Of a DNA stretch of 64,000 bases, positions 11,987 through 23,229 are shown one piece after another; the first letter of the stretch is position 1, and each line of letters opens with the position of its first letter. The notes below the pieces were generated by a model. The model was not told where the DNA came from. It did not search any database and saw only the letters and a program-made list of their open reading frames with translations. A program made the position numbers and the translations under genes. Source of the stretch: Candidatus Moraniibacteriota bacterium (lineage in GTDB: Bacteria > Patescibacteriota > Minisyncoccia > Moranbacterales > UBA1568); assembly GCA_016699975.1 (NCBI GenBank), contig CP064994.1:981874-1045873 (forward strand), written 5' to 3'.

Positions 11987-12637
11987 CTAATCAAAATGAA
12001 AACTTCTCTCGGTGTCGATTACATTCCCTCCCTCATCATAACAAACCGAGGAAAAAAGCCACGCAAAATCAAGGAAATACGCCATGAGGGCGCCGTCGCC
12101 AGTCTGCTGTTCGCACTCGGCCGTTTTATTTTTTTTCGCTTCCTCGTTTTGTTTCGCAATCTCTTCGGGCGGCTTTCCGATAAGCGCCTCGACTTCGGCC
12201 CGCGTCATCCCCGCTTGAATACGATCAAATTTTTCGAGACTGAATTCGGGAGATTTTGTGGTATCAAGAAGAGGAGCAAACACAAACATCTGCTCCGCTG
12301 GCGCAAGAAAGAGTGCCGGCAAAAGAAAGAGAAGGGCAAGTCCCGATCCCACCTCTTTGCGAAAGAAAAAGAAAAGCATGAGAGCGAAAACGGGAATAAT
12401 CAAAAGAACCGAAAGGCTCGCGAAAAATTGGGGGGAGGAATCGGCAAACGATTGAGATGTTCCCAAGAAAAGCATCGCGCCAGAAAGAAAGGGTCCCAAG
12501 AACCATCCGCACAAAAAATTCCAGTATCCGAGAGCAAAAAGAGCGCCTAGCAAAAACATGCGTTTCCACAAAAGAAAAACGAGGAGAAAAGGACCAGCTA
12601 TCAAAAACATCAAGAATATTCCGAAAAAAGGTGTCAT
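11987..12637 (-). CDS. Membrane protein with C-terminal BamE/SmpA_OmlA-like domain
   Basis: Four predicted TM helices, then FDRIQAGMTRAEVEALIGKP. Confidence 0.4.
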   Translation of the reverse strand: MTPFFGIFLMFLIAGPFLLVFLLWKRMFLLGALFALGYWNFLCGWFLGPFLSGAMLFLGTSQSFADSSPQFFASLSVLLIIPVFALMLFFFFRKEVGSGLALLFLLPALFLAPAEQMFVFAPLLDTTKSPEFSLEKFDRIQAGMTRAEVEALIGKPPEEIAKQNEEAKKNKTAECEQQTGDGALMAYFLDFAWLFSSVCYDEGGNVIDTERSFHFD

Positions 12638-12747
12638 AGAAAAGAAATCAAAATTGAGTCGGAAGCACAGTTGAAAAACCTAGTCCATCGCTACTTTATG
12701 GAAGAATCGAGCATTTTTCCCCAACACATTCAAGCGCCATGCTTTCT

Positions 12748-13395
12748 TCAGCGGTTGCCGAAGGGGCAAAGGTCGAGAAGAACACACGATTCGCATCGCG
12801 GTGTGCGCGGAATGCACACCGCGCGCCCGTGCGTAATAAAGTGCTCATTTACAGAGAGATAGTCTTCTTTGGGAAACAGCGCTTCCAAATCTTTCGCTAT
12901 CTTTTCTTGCTCCGCATGCTTGGTGAGTCCAAGGCGCGGCGCGATACGCAAAACATGCGTGTCGACCGGAACACCAGTAAAGACACGAAATGCTTTCGCC
13001 ATAATGATGTGCGCGGTCTTTCGGGCGACTCCCGGAAACGCAAGAAGCGCTTCGAAATCATTCGGTACTTCTCCGGCGTATTTTTGGACGAGAAGTGCGC
13101 CGGTTCCTTTGAGGTATTTTGCTTTCGATCGATAAAAGCCCGTTTGGTAAATATCCTGCTCCAATACTTCGAGAGAAGCATCGGCGTAGTCCTGTGCGCT
13201 CCGATACTTGTGAAAAAGACGCTTCGTCACTCGGTTGACGCGTTCATCGGTACACTGCGCCGAGAGAATCGTACCCACCAACAACTCAAGCGGTGTCGAC
13301 CACTCGACGAACGGACCCGTTTTCTTATACTCGACTTTGAGCCGTCGAAGGACTTTCCTGGCGCGCGCCTTCTCTTGTGATTGCACACTTCGCAT
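12748..13395 (-). CDS. nth: Endonuclease III (DNA glycosylase/AP lyase, HhH-GPD, 4Fe-4S)
   Basis: LVGTILSAQCTDERVN, FPGVARKTA, VDTHV, C-terminal C-x6-C-x2-C-x5-C. Confidence 0.85.
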   Translation of the reverse strand: MRSVQSQEKARARKVLRRLKVEYKKTGPFVEWSTPLELLVGTILSAQCTDERVNRVTKRLFHKYRSAQDYADASLEVLEQDIYQTGFYRSKAKYLKGTGALLVQKYAGEVPNDFEALLAFPGVARKTAHIIMAKAFRVFTGVPVDTHVLRIAPRLGLTKHAEQEKIAKDLEALFPKEDYLSVNEHFITHGRAVCIPRTPRCESCVLLDLCPFGNR

Positions 13396-13426
13396 AGTAA
13401 TTCTGTTTGAGAGTGCTCTCGATTCT

Positions 13427-14698
13427 TTATTTGCCCAGAGATTGAAGCCAAACGAGAAGTGGCGTGAACCACGAGCTGTCGGTTGATTGAAGCGAAACAC
13501 GGATCACCTCTTCACTTATTGGCACCGTTTTCGGAGCGAACTTTTCGGCCGAAATGGTGAGACGAGACTCTGACCCTTCTTCCCGCGGAAGAAGAAGCGA
13601 AAAGTTTCCGGCCGTATCCGTTGTCGTTTCGAAAGACGTTCGCCAAAAGACACGCGCCGAAGGAATGCCTCGTCCCCATTCGTCCCGCACCGAACCCCGA
13701 AGAAGAATAGGGCGATAGAACGCCCGAAGAACCGATGCCGCCTGTCGCGGTTTTCCCGAGTCGTCCCAGAGTGCCGTCGAACTCCCCGCGTGTGTCCAAT
13801 AATTAAGGCCCGCAATGGAAGGCGTGTTCTGAAGCGCAGTGAGTGCAGCACGAAGCCACTCGGCCTGGGCAGCCTCCGTCATCTTTCCATGAATGTCAGG
13901 TATAGGCGCGCCGAATTCTCCCAAGACAACACTTCCTCCGCTTTTTTGGGAAAGCGCTTCTGCATCTCGGGCAAGCGCCTCGGGAGAACGAACATAGTGA
14001 TCGATCGTCACCGTGTTGTCGAGGCGCCGAGTCGTCTCGGGATCAAAAATGAGGCGCGCCACATCCGCGTTCATGGAAAACCACGCGGTTCGCACATTTT
14101 TTCCTGTTGTGCGAAAAAATTCCTGCGCAACATCGTTTTCAGCAAGAAGAAAGTTACGAAATCCTTCAACATCTCCCGTTTGCCGCGGATCGCCGGGGCC
14201 ACCGTTTTCGCATTCGGGACACGATGTAAACACATCGCCGTCCTCGAAAAGAGACGGGTGAGTATTCAAAAATCGTCGGAGGTTTTGGAGATGCGTTTCG
14301 CGGTCGATACGCGGAACATCAAACCATCCTTCCCATCCCGAAAAGTTTCCCCGGAACCACACCTTGAGCCCGTGTCGCCGCGCCGCCTCGACCCATCGCG
14401 AAAGATACGGAACAAATTCTTCGTCATACGGCGTTCCAATCGCGACATGGGTCGCGCCACTCTCAGCGATCGCCGCTACCTCTTTCTCTATCACCGCGTC
14501 GTACGACGGGCTTCCCTGTTTTTCGCGCGCGAGGTCACGTGAGTGCTTCATGGTATCGATCGACCGAAAATCCCAAAACGCCACTCGAGAGCGGTTGGAT
14601 GAAGAAGGCGAAGCAGCCACAGCCGCCTCCAATCGAAGCGCAAAGCCTCCCATGCTTCCACAAAAAAGAATCAAAAAGAGAAGAAATTTTTTTCTCAT
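13427..14698 (-). CDS. Secreted clan GH-A-like glycoside hydrolase with C-terminal carboxypeptidase-regulatory-like domain
   Basis: Signal peptide; GEFG nucleophile-like motif; NFSGWEGWF; C-terminal ...TTDTAGNFSLLLP beta-sandwich. Confidence 0.4.
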   Translation of the reverse strand: MRKKFLLFLILFCGSMGGFALRLEAAVAASPSSSNRSRVAFWDFRSIDTMKHSRDLAREKQGSPSYDAVIEKEVAAIAESGATHVAIGTPYDEEFVPYLSRWVEAARRHGLKVWFRGNFSGWEGWFDVPRIDRETHLQNLRRFLNTHPSLFEDGDVFTSCPECENGGPGDPRQTGDVEGFRNFLLAENDVAQEFFRTTGKNVRTAWFSMNADVARLIFDPETTRRLDNTVTIDHYVRSPEALARDAEALSQKSGGSVVLGEFGAPIPDIHGKMTEAAQAEWLRAALTALQNTPSIAGLNYWTHAGSSTALWDDSGKPRQAASVLRAFYRPILLRGSVRDEWGRGIPSARVFWRTSFETTTDTAGNFSLLLPREEGSESRLTISAEKFAPKTVPISEEVIRVSLQSTDSSWFTPLLVWLQSLGK

Positions 14699-15130
14699 AA
14701 AAGTGGTGAGAGAAGATGCCTTCCCAATTACTTACGATGCTCACGAAAAAAATTCGCTGAGAAAAAATTCATTCTGAAGGGAGAACGTGAGTGCGCGCTG
14801 CCTTCCTTTGCGCTCCTTCTCGATCCCATTGTTTTGCATGACTCTCAGGTGAATATATTCGAGTGAGAAGAAAAGCAGTGCGGTTTAAAAAATCTCTCTC
14901 CAAACTAAAGAAAGCAAATCTCTCTCAGAGGAAAAAATCTCAGCCCTTCTCTTTCTCGTCATTCGAAAAGGAAGACACAAAAGGACGATTACTTCCGAAC
15001 ACGCCGCCACAAACAATACGCTCCTCGCACGCCACAGGCAACCCCTCTCCGCAAAGAGCTCCACGAAAGCATTCCGAGAAAAAGGTGCGCTCAAAATGAG
15101 TCTCAAGAAAACGAACGCTGACGTGCATGG

Positions 15131-17283
15131 TTACGACGAAGGCGAAGAAATTTTTACCCGACCATCGACAACCAAAACACCTGGAGACTTTTCTCTTTCC
15201 GGATACACGAGGATTGGATTGAGGTCAATCTCCACAATATCGGGAATGTCCGAAAGAAGTGTGGAGAGACGAATGAGGCATTCTTCCACTCCAGAAATTG
15301 CAAAGGCTTCGCCACCGCGTGCGCCCAGAAGGATCGGAAACACGCGAAGCTTTTCGAGCATGCCCTTCGCGCGAGCGCGTGAGACCGGCAGAAGCGAAGA
15401 GGTAGAGTCTTGAAGAATTTCTGTGTAAATGCCCCCGCTTCCGACAAGAACCGTGTGCCCGAGATGGGGATCACGAACGCTCCCTGCAATAAGCTCTCGT
15501 GCCCCGGGAGGCGCCATATTCATAACGAGCACTCCATCAAGAGACGCCTGGGGCGCCATCTGTCGAACACGATTCAGCATGGTGCGAATCCCTTCTGCCG
15601 CTTGTTCCCGCGGCACATCAAGGAGGACGCCACCCACATCCGTCTTGTGCGAAATATCGTTCGAAAGAATTTTGAGGGCCAACCGATCGCTGAAAGAGGC
15701 AAGAATATCGCTTGTCTTTGACTCTTCACCTTCAGTAATCCGTGAAAATCGAGGGGTGGGGAAGCCGTAGGCACAGAGGAGTTCCAGTGTTTCGAAAGGC
15801 GAGAAGAGATTTCTGTGAGCGGTGCGTACGTCGCGAAGAATACGCTCCGCGCGCGGGCGATCGATCAGTGATTCCGGAGAAAGAAATGAAAATGTGAGAG
15901 GAACTGATGGCTGAGGAGAGACCTCCCGTGATATTTCCGAAAATCGAGCCACAGCCGACAGCATACGAACACCATCTTCGGGAAAACGTACCACCGGAAT
16001 CTTTTTCCGAATGAGGAATTTCTCTCCTTTCTTGATGAGCTTCCCTCCCATAAAAACGGCGACGACGGGTTTCTTGAACGCTTTCGCTCGAGAGGCGATT
16101 GCCTCTGCCGTTCCCGAAACATCCGTCATCGACTGCGGTGTCAGAATCACAAGCACCATATCGACTCCTCTGTCGGGGAGCACTTCTGTGAGCGTCTCTT
16201 CGTAACGATCCTTCTTCGCATCACCGAGAATATCGATCGGATTTTCGACGCTCGCAGAAGGAGGCAAGAAGGAACGAAGTGTCGCTTTCTTTCTTCTGAA
16301 AGGACCGCGAGCGAAAGGCCGTCGCGAACGAGCGCGTCCGCTGCAAGAACACCTGGTCCTCCGGCATTCGTGACGACTGCGACTCTTTTTCCGGCAGGAA
16401 GTGGCAGAATTGAAAGCGCGCGCGAAAAAAGAAAAAGTTCTTCGGCACTTCGCGCACGCAGAATGCCCGCTTCCTCAAAAAGCGCTTCGTAACTCGCATC
16501 ATTGCCCGCAAGCGAACCCGTATGCGAAGACGACGCATGCGCCCCCGCTTTCGTCGTACCCGACTTGAGCACAATAATTGGCTTTGGGCGTTTGAGACGC
16601 GCCATGCGCCGTGCCGCTTCGCGAATCACAGTTGGATGCTCGAGCTCCTCGGCATAGAGAGCAATAACAGCCGTACGGCGGTCACCTTCACAATACGCAA
16701 GAAGTGCCGATTCATTGAGCACTGCTTTGTTACCGAGACTCGCAAAAAAAGAAATGCCCATCCCAAATTCTCCCACCGTATCGAGAATTGCTGTTCCCAA
16801 AGCTCCGCTCTGGGACAAGAATGCCACCTTCCCTTTTTTCGGAAGCGTCTTCGCGAAAGACGCATTCATCGAGCTATGCGGGTTCACAATCCCGAGACAA
16901 TTCGGTCCCAAAAGAGCGATATCGAATTGGCGAGCAATCGAAACAATTTCTGCTTCGAGCGCATCGTTCCCCGTTTCCCGAAAGCCGGCCGAAATGACAA
17001 TGGTAGCGAGCGTGCCGCGCTCGCCTGCTTCTCGAAGAACCTGAGGAACAATTTTGGCGGGCACGACAATGATGGTGAGGTCGACCGGTTCGGGAATATC
17101 AAGAACCGAACGAAAACACGGAAGCCCGTACAGAGAAACGGTTTTCGGATTCACCGGAAAAATACTCCCGCGAAATTTTTGTTCAACCAAATTCCTCAGG
17201 ATATCGTTCCCAACACTTCCCGTTTCGGTTGAGGCGCCGACGACGGCAATTGATCGCGGTTCGAACAAGGCAGAGAGGTTCAT
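15131..17283 (-). CDS. Acetyl-CoA synthetase (ADP-forming), fused alpha/beta; frameshift near 16285-16300
   Basis: CoA-binding domain (SIAVVGAS...GPNCLGI...), then LPPSASVENPIDILGDA and an ATP-grasp domain. The two ORFs join in the purine run gaagaaagaaag. Confidence 0.8.
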
Positions 17284-17784
17284 AGGCGTTGTGGTGACGA
17301 CTCACATTATGCCCGCAGTATAGCATTCTTGCCCATAGTAAAGGAAACTTTACGGCACAGTGCCTTTGCGAGATAATGGGAGTGCGACGAAGATTCGTCG
17401 CACTCCGTGGGGGAGTCAATGGTCCACGGTTTTTGTTTTCTCGAAAACCGAAATTCGTTCCCCTGGTTCCCGGTCAATTGCAAATTCCTCACATCGACAT
17501 CATCTTTCGTTCTCGCCGTCTTCTCGAGGTCGGTCGAAAAGAAACTCTGAAGTGAAAGGAAAACAGTTGAGGATTTTCTTCGAAAAATTTTTCATGTCCC
17601 TCTCGTATACATCAAGGAAGCACGAGCACCACAATTGTCTGTCCTGGAAAACGAGTATCCCCAGAAACTCCCAGCGCTTTTCAGGAAACTGATGTTCGAG
17701 CCGCGACCGAGAAAACTCAGCAACGTTCGATCGTGTGCTCTCCCTCTTCTTTTCCCTCTCTCGCAACACCAGAAAACACGCTCT

Positions 17785-19864
17785 ATGAAAAATGCAGCGA
17801 AAAAGAATGCGATTTCCATTCAATCGGTCAAAAAGCGAAATGGCCGGACTGTCGTTTTCAATCCGTACAAAATTCGGGCAGCGATTGAGAAGGCGCTCCT
17901 CGCCACACAGGCAGGAGACGAAAAAGACGCGACGCGTCTCGGCAAAAAAGTAGTTTCCCTGCTCGAAAAGAAAGCGTGCGAGTACCGCAAAGGAAAACTG
18001 GGAACATTTCTTCCGAAAATAGAAGAAATTCAAGATCTCGTGGAAACCGTCCTCATGTCGGAAGGATTTCACGAAACTGCGAAGGCCTACATTCTCTACC
18101 GCGAACAACACCGTGAAGTTCGGGAAACTGAAGAGTCGCTCGTCAAAGCCGTGCACCTGGTCGACAAATACATCGGCAATCTTGACTGGCTCGTCAAAGA
18201 AAATGCAAACATGGCTTACTCCCTCCAGGGACTCAACAACTATATTTCTTCGGCGATCAGCACGAAGTACTGGATGAACAAAATTTATTCGAAAGAGATT
18301 CGCGATGCCCACGAATCGGGAGACTTCCACATTCATGACCTTCAACTCATTTCCGCTTACTGTTGCGGCTGGGATCTTGAGGATCTCCTGCGACAAGGAT
18401 TCACCGGTGTTCCCGGCAAGGTATCTTGTAAACCCGCGAAGCACTTGAGCTCTGCTCTCGGACAAATGGTGAACTTCATCTATACCTTGCAAGGGGAAAT
18501 TGCGGGCGCCCAGGCTTTCTCGAATTTCGACACTCTCCTCGCACCCTTCGTTCGAAGAGACGGCCTTTCCTACGAACAGGTAAAACAAGAGATACAATCG
18601 TTCGTCTTCAACATGAATGTCTCGACGAGGGTCGGCTTTCAAACTCCCTTTTCTAATATCACCCTCGACCTCATTCCTCCCAAAATCCTTGCCGGAGAAT
18701 CTGTTATTATTGGCGGCAAACCGCAAAAAGAAACCTATGGAGAGTTCGCCACGGAAATGGCCATGATTAATCGCGCTTTCGCAGAAGTGATGTGCGAGGG
18801 CGATGCCTCGGGCGCATCTTCACCTTCCCCATCCCGACCTATAACATCACCAAGAACTTCGACTGGGAAAATCCGGCGTACGAACCCCTCTGGGAAATGA
18901 CGGCGAAGTATGGGATTCCGTATTTTGCAAATTTCGTAAACTCCGATATGAGTCCCGACGATGCGCGCAGCATGTGCTGCCGACTCCGGCTTGATAATCG
19001 CGAGCTTCGGAAAAGAGGTGGTGGCCTCTTCGGCGCCAATCCCCTGACGGGTTCAATCGGCGTCGTCACGGTCAACCTCCCCGCATCGGCTATCTCGCAA
19101 AAAATGAGAAAGATTTTTTCACACGACTCGACCGCCTCATGGATCTCGCGAAGGACAGCTTGGAGGTAAAAAGAAAAGTGGTCGAACAGCTGACCGAGAA
19201 AGGCCTCTATCCCTATACCAAGTTCTACCTCGGAAACATCAAGAAACGCTTTTACCAGTATTGGAAAAATCATTTCTCGACGATCGGCCTCGTCGGCACA
19301 AACGAAGCGCTCAAAAATCTTCTCGATACCGATATCACGACCGAAAAGGGGCAAGCATTCGCAAAGAAAATACTTACTCACATGCGCGAGCGGATCGGCA
19401 CGTACCAAGAGAAAACGAATACGCTTTACAATCTCGAAGCGACTCCCGCCGAGGGAACTGCCTATCGCCTCGCCCTCCTCGACACGAAACGATTCCCGGA
19501 TATCCGTGTCGCAAATGAGCGAGACGTACGTGAAAAACACGCGGAACCGTACTATACGAATTCTTCACACCTCCCTGTCGGCTTTACGGATGATATTTTC
19601 GAAGCGCTTGATCTGCAAGATCATCTCCAAACGCAGTACACCGGAGGCACGGTCCTCCATGGCTTCATTGGCGAGCGCATCACAGACACCGTTTCGGCTC
19701 GCACTCTCGTTCGGCGCATCGCGGAAACCTATCATCTCCCGTACTTCACCCTCTCTCCCACACTCAGTATTTGTCCCTCTCACGGCTACCTCCCCGGCGA
19801 ACACACTCATTGTCCTTCGTGTATTGTGGTCCCTGTTCAATCAGAATACAAAAAAGTATCCTAG
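17785..19864 (+). CDS. nrdD: Anaerobic ribonucleoside-triphosphate reductase NrdD body; two frameshifts (~18808 in a G-run, ~19080 in a C-run)
   Basis: ATP-cone (ISIQSVKKRNGRTVVFNPYKIRAAIEKA) and NrdD core motifs. The three ORFs 17635-, 18792- and 19139- join into one contiguous NrdD-like sequence across the frame switches. Confidence 0.8.
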
Positions 19865-20039
19865 CAATTCTTCTCGCAACTTTCGCAAAAAAGTACCCAA
19901 AGATTTCCAGAGTAGAAAGAAGACCAAGAGCTCTCGGATCGTCGAACAGAGGAAGAGACGGGGAGGGAGAGCATTTTTGGAAACTCGTGATAACGCATTA
20001 AAAGAGAACAAAGTAAAAATAAATCGTAAGAAATAATGT

Positions 20040-20378
20040 ATGTGTACCATCACGTGCTACGACTGCAAGAAAGTGCTCGAAAAAGGAGCGGAGTACATGC
20101 CCTATGAAGTGCAGGGGGAAACACTTGCAAAATGCCGAACGTGTCACGAAGTCAGTCCCGCCCTCACCGGATTTCAGAAGGCAGAAGTGTATACACGCGT
20201 CGTCGGATATATCCGCCCGGTTGAACAGTGGAATAAAGGGAAGCAGCAAGAATACGCCGATCGCATGGAGTATGTGCCAGCGAGCAACAGAATTCGTTCG
20301 AAAATTTTAGAAGTATGGGCCTGGAACAACATCTTTCGAATTCAAATGAGAAAGACGACTCTCTGTCAGATTTTGTAG
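20040..20378 (+). CDS. NrdD C-terminal zinc-ribbon plus glycyl-radical domain encoded as a separate ORF
   Basis: CYDC-x16-CRTC, then YTRVVGYIRPVEQWNKGKQQEYADR (glycyl-radical RVxGY and WNxGK motifs). Confidence 0.6.
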   Translation: MCTITCYDCKKVLEKGAEYMPYEVQGETLAKCRTCHEVSPALTGFQKAEVYTRVVGYIRPVEQWNKGKQQEYADRMEYVPASNRIRSKILEVWAWNNIFRIQMRKTTLCQIL

Positions 20379-20427
20379 AAGTTCCCAGTCACGGTACCCA
20401 AATATCGAACACTTTCTTCGATCAAAG

Positions 20428-21690
20428 GTGAGAAACAGGCAAGCACTCGAAAGAATCGACATAGAAACGAAACTCTCTGAACAGAAGGAACAAAATGAAT
20501 TACAAAAACTCCTTGAAATCGCTCTTTCATCATCAGATACATCCCTACAAAGAACTGGAGCGCGTTTTATTTCATCCCTCGAAGAAGCTGCAAGGAGAGA
20601 GTTTTGTGAAAAACTCAGTAATTCTTTGGTAGAAATGTCTCTCTCATCGGATACAAAAAAACATTTGGTTCTCGCAGAAATTATTCGACACAATTCTGAG
20701 TATATCCCTCTCGAGAAAATAAAAGATAGACTAACCTCTCTTCTCGAGAGAGACCTCGGGAGCAAAGATATTTCAGTACAAGAAGTAGGAGTAAAAATTA
20801 TTGAACTTCTTCCAGAGAGTGCTGATAAAAGGCATTACGAGTCCAAACTGAGGGAATGGTTGCTCCAGAAGATTCTCTCACAAGAGAGTCAGGAACAAAT
20901 CAATGCCGCAAGACTTCTTGGATTTACTTCCCACGAAATTCTTTTTGAGTTAGGAGAAAAAATACTGCATGGAGACAATGAGGAAGCTAAAGAAATTACA
21001 GCAAGATATATAAAGAGACTTGATCCACTCAAATCAGTTCCCCTTCTGCGTCTCACGTTCAATACAAAAAGTTTGCAGCTTAAGAAAATTGGAGCCGAGG
21101 CAACAACCCGACTTTTTCGAACCCATAACAAACAACCCAAAGTTCCGCTATTTATCACGAGTGCAATCACAGAAACCGTCCGCGCTTCTCTTGAATCGGA
21201 TGATCGAAATATTCAGAGAATCGGATCAGAGATGTTGAAAGATGTAACAAACACAAAAGACCTCATAGATCTTGTACGATTGGGAGTGAATTCCAATGAT
21301 AGGACAGTCAAATTGAATGCAATTGCAGCAATACGTTTCATCGACACCAGATTTGATTTCGGAAAAAGAGCAATGTCAGACTTTATAGAACAGGCGCTAC
21401 AATCAGAAGATACAAACATACAAAGAGTCGCTATCACTATATCTCGACACGTCCCGGAACCAGAAAAAGACAAGTGCATGAATCAGGCGTTTGCATTAGT
21501 CAGCAAACTTGTCAACTCAGAAAATAGAGCGAGTCAGAAGAGGGGGACTGAAATGATGTACTATATAAATCACCCAAAAATAGAAACTCTCTTCTCTGAA
21601 AAAATAGAGCCGGATCAGGAGTTGTTGAATATTCTTCTCTTTTCACGATTATACCCAGATCATGAGAGTGCCTCTAAATTTTCAGGGTAA
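20428..21690 (+). CDS. HEAT-repeat (PBS-lyase-like) protein, low-GC
   Basis: Repeated alpha-helical ~30-aa units (NIQRIGSEMLKD..., NIQRVAITISRH...); about 37% GC versus about 50% for the flanks. Confidence 0.5.
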   Translation: MRNRQALERIDIETKLSEQKEQNELQKLLEIALSSSDTSLQRTGARFISSLEEAARREFCEKLSNSLVEMSLSSDTKKHLVLAEIIRHNSEYIPLEKIKDRLTSLLERDLGSKDISVQEVGVKIIELLPESADKRHYESKLREWLLQKILSQESQEQINAARLLGFTSHEILFELGEKILHGDNEEAKEITARYIKRLDPLKSVPLLRLTFNTKSLQLKKIGAEATTRLFRTHNKQPKVPLFITSAITETVRASLESDDRNIQRIGSEMLKDVTNTKDLIDLVRLGVNSNDRTVKLNAIAAIRFIDTRFDFGKRAMSDFIEQALQSEDTNIQRVAITISRHVPEPEKDKCMNQAFALVSKLVNSENRASQKRGTEMMYYINHPKIETLFSEKIEPDQELLNILLFSRLYPDHESASKFSG

Positions 21691-22081
21691 ATCTCCCAAA
21701 AACAGGATCAAGGATGAGTATTCTTCGTGGTGGAACAATCGAGAAAAAATAATTATTCGGCACATAAAAGAAAAATCGTTTCGCGGATGGATGCGTGCAT
21801 ATGAACAACATGATAAATGGTTTGATTCCGGATTTGATTATGTTCCCATTGAACCGATTCAATCATTTGCATTTAGAGAGAATGCCGTTGATGTATATGC
21901 TGGCGTCTTCGATATCGATTTAAAGCATTGGCTCAGCCTATCCGGGCAAAGATTCAAGAATGAACTTCTAGAAATGAGGGAACGGATTACTTCTGTACTC
22001 CAAAGCATGAAGATACGGCATGGCGATCTCCATCTTGGAAATTTTTTCGTTGTTTTTGAAAGAAACGGAGGATCGACCTAA
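21662..22081 (+). CDS. Protein-kinase-like (APH/Kdo-kinase type) fragment, truncated after the catalytic loop
   Basis: HGDLHLGNFFV catalytic-loop motif near the C-terminus, no downstream metal-binding D motif; overlaps the HEAT ORF end by 29 nt in another frame. Confidence 0.35.
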   Translation: MRVPLNFQGKSPKNRIKDEYSSWWNNREKIIIRHIKEKSFRGWMRAYEQHDKWFDSGFDYVPIEPIQSFAFRENAVDVYAGVFDIDLKHWLSLSGQRFKNELLEMRERITSVLQSMKIRHGDLHLGNFFVVFERNGGST

Positions 22082-22183
22082 GCTGCCCTCGTCTCGAGGA
22101 GATTTTGATAAATCAACAGTAAAAAAATAATTTTCCAAGAAACCAGAGGAGACACACAATGAAATGCTGCTTTTGACTCTCGT

Positions 22184-22909
22184 TTGATGGAAGAACATAC
22201 CATGTACATCGCCGGGTACCAACCACTCACACTTCTCGACTACCCCGGAAAACTTGCGGCCGTTGGATTTACTTTCGGGTGCGTGCTTCGGTGTCCGTTT
22301 TGTCACAATCCGGAACTCGTGGAAAGAGATGAGTCATTTCTTCATCGCTCGGGCGGCAACAAGGCCGAAGCATTCCTTGCGTTCCTTGCAAAAAGAGTCG
22401 GAAAGCTCGACGGCGTCTGCATTACGGGAGGCGAACCGACACTGCATGCGGATCTTCTTGACTACCTTCGTGCAATAAAGGCAATGGGGTTTCTTGTGAA
22501 GCTCGACACAAACGGCGCCTTCCCCGAAACAGTACGAGCTATTTTGCAAACGAATCTTGTTGATTTTTGGGCAATGGATATCAAACACGCGCCGGAAAAA
22601 TATTCGCTCGCTTCCGAAAGCGATACTCTCTCGATCGAAAATTTCCGGGAAAGTGTTCGGCTCCTCTTCGCAAGTGGCGTGTCGTTCGAATTTCGAACAA
22701 CGGTCGTACCAGGAATTCATACCGAGGAAGATTTCGAAGAAATTGGAAAATGGATCAAGGGCGCACCGTCCTACGCCCTCCAGGAATTCAGAGTGACAAA
22801 GCTCCTCAATCCTCGTCTCGCAGAAAAAAGCGCCGGAAAACACCTCTCGCTCGAGAGAATACAAACGCGAGTCTTGCCCTACGTCCAAAAGGTGACGATT
22901 CGCCGATAA
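22184..22909 (+). CDS. nrdG: Anaerobic ribonucleotide reductase activating protein (radical SAM)
   Basis: GCVLRCPFCHNPE CxxxCxxC radical-SAM motif; size and order relative to nrdD. Confidence 0.8.
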   Translation: MMEEHTMYIAGYQPLTLLDYPGKLAAVGFTFGCVLRCPFCHNPELVERDESFLHRSGGNKAEAFLAFLAKRVGKLDGVCITGGEPTLHADLLDYLRAIKAMGFLVKLDTNGAFPETVRAILQTNLVDFWAMDIKHAPEKYSLASESDTLSIENFRESVRLLFASGVSFEFRTTVVPGIHTEEDFEEIGKWIKGAPSYALQEFRVTKLLNPRLAEKSAGKHLSLERIQTRVLPYVQKVTIRR

Positions 22910-23229
22910 AGAAGAAAAAGATTTTTTCTTTCCAGCAAGATTATGTTCGATGCCTGCAATATTTGGAGGATTCCCTATGAAAAAAGAAAGGGAGAAAGAT
23001 ATCATCGGAAAAGAAAATTTTGATCGGATGCTCGTTTGATCGCTCCAACTCCTCCAAACACATCGTGACAAGCGCTCTCGAAAATCCGACAAGAAAAAAA
23101 TAGTTCTCCCTCACTCGATCCCAGCAATCGCTCCGTCAGGTGAACAGAGAGAACAAAAGAAGGCGCCTCGGAAAATTGAGGCGCCCCTTGTTTTCTTTGG
23201 GAAAAATGAAGAATGAATAGAGGAAAACA

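Noticed and set aside
17500-18726. 408-aa minus-strand ORF
   Set aside because: Lies entirely antisense to nrdD, whose frame has strong conserved motifs; low-complexity translation.
19865-20039. Group I intron between the NrdD body and the glycyl-radical ORF
   Set aside because: Only 175 bp and no recognisable P7/P3 core from manual inspection. Kept only as a speculative explanation inside the nrdD finding, not as a feature.
22334-23092. 252-aa minus-strand ORF
   Set aside because: Antisense to nrdG (radical-SAM motifs on the + strand); no recognisable motifs.
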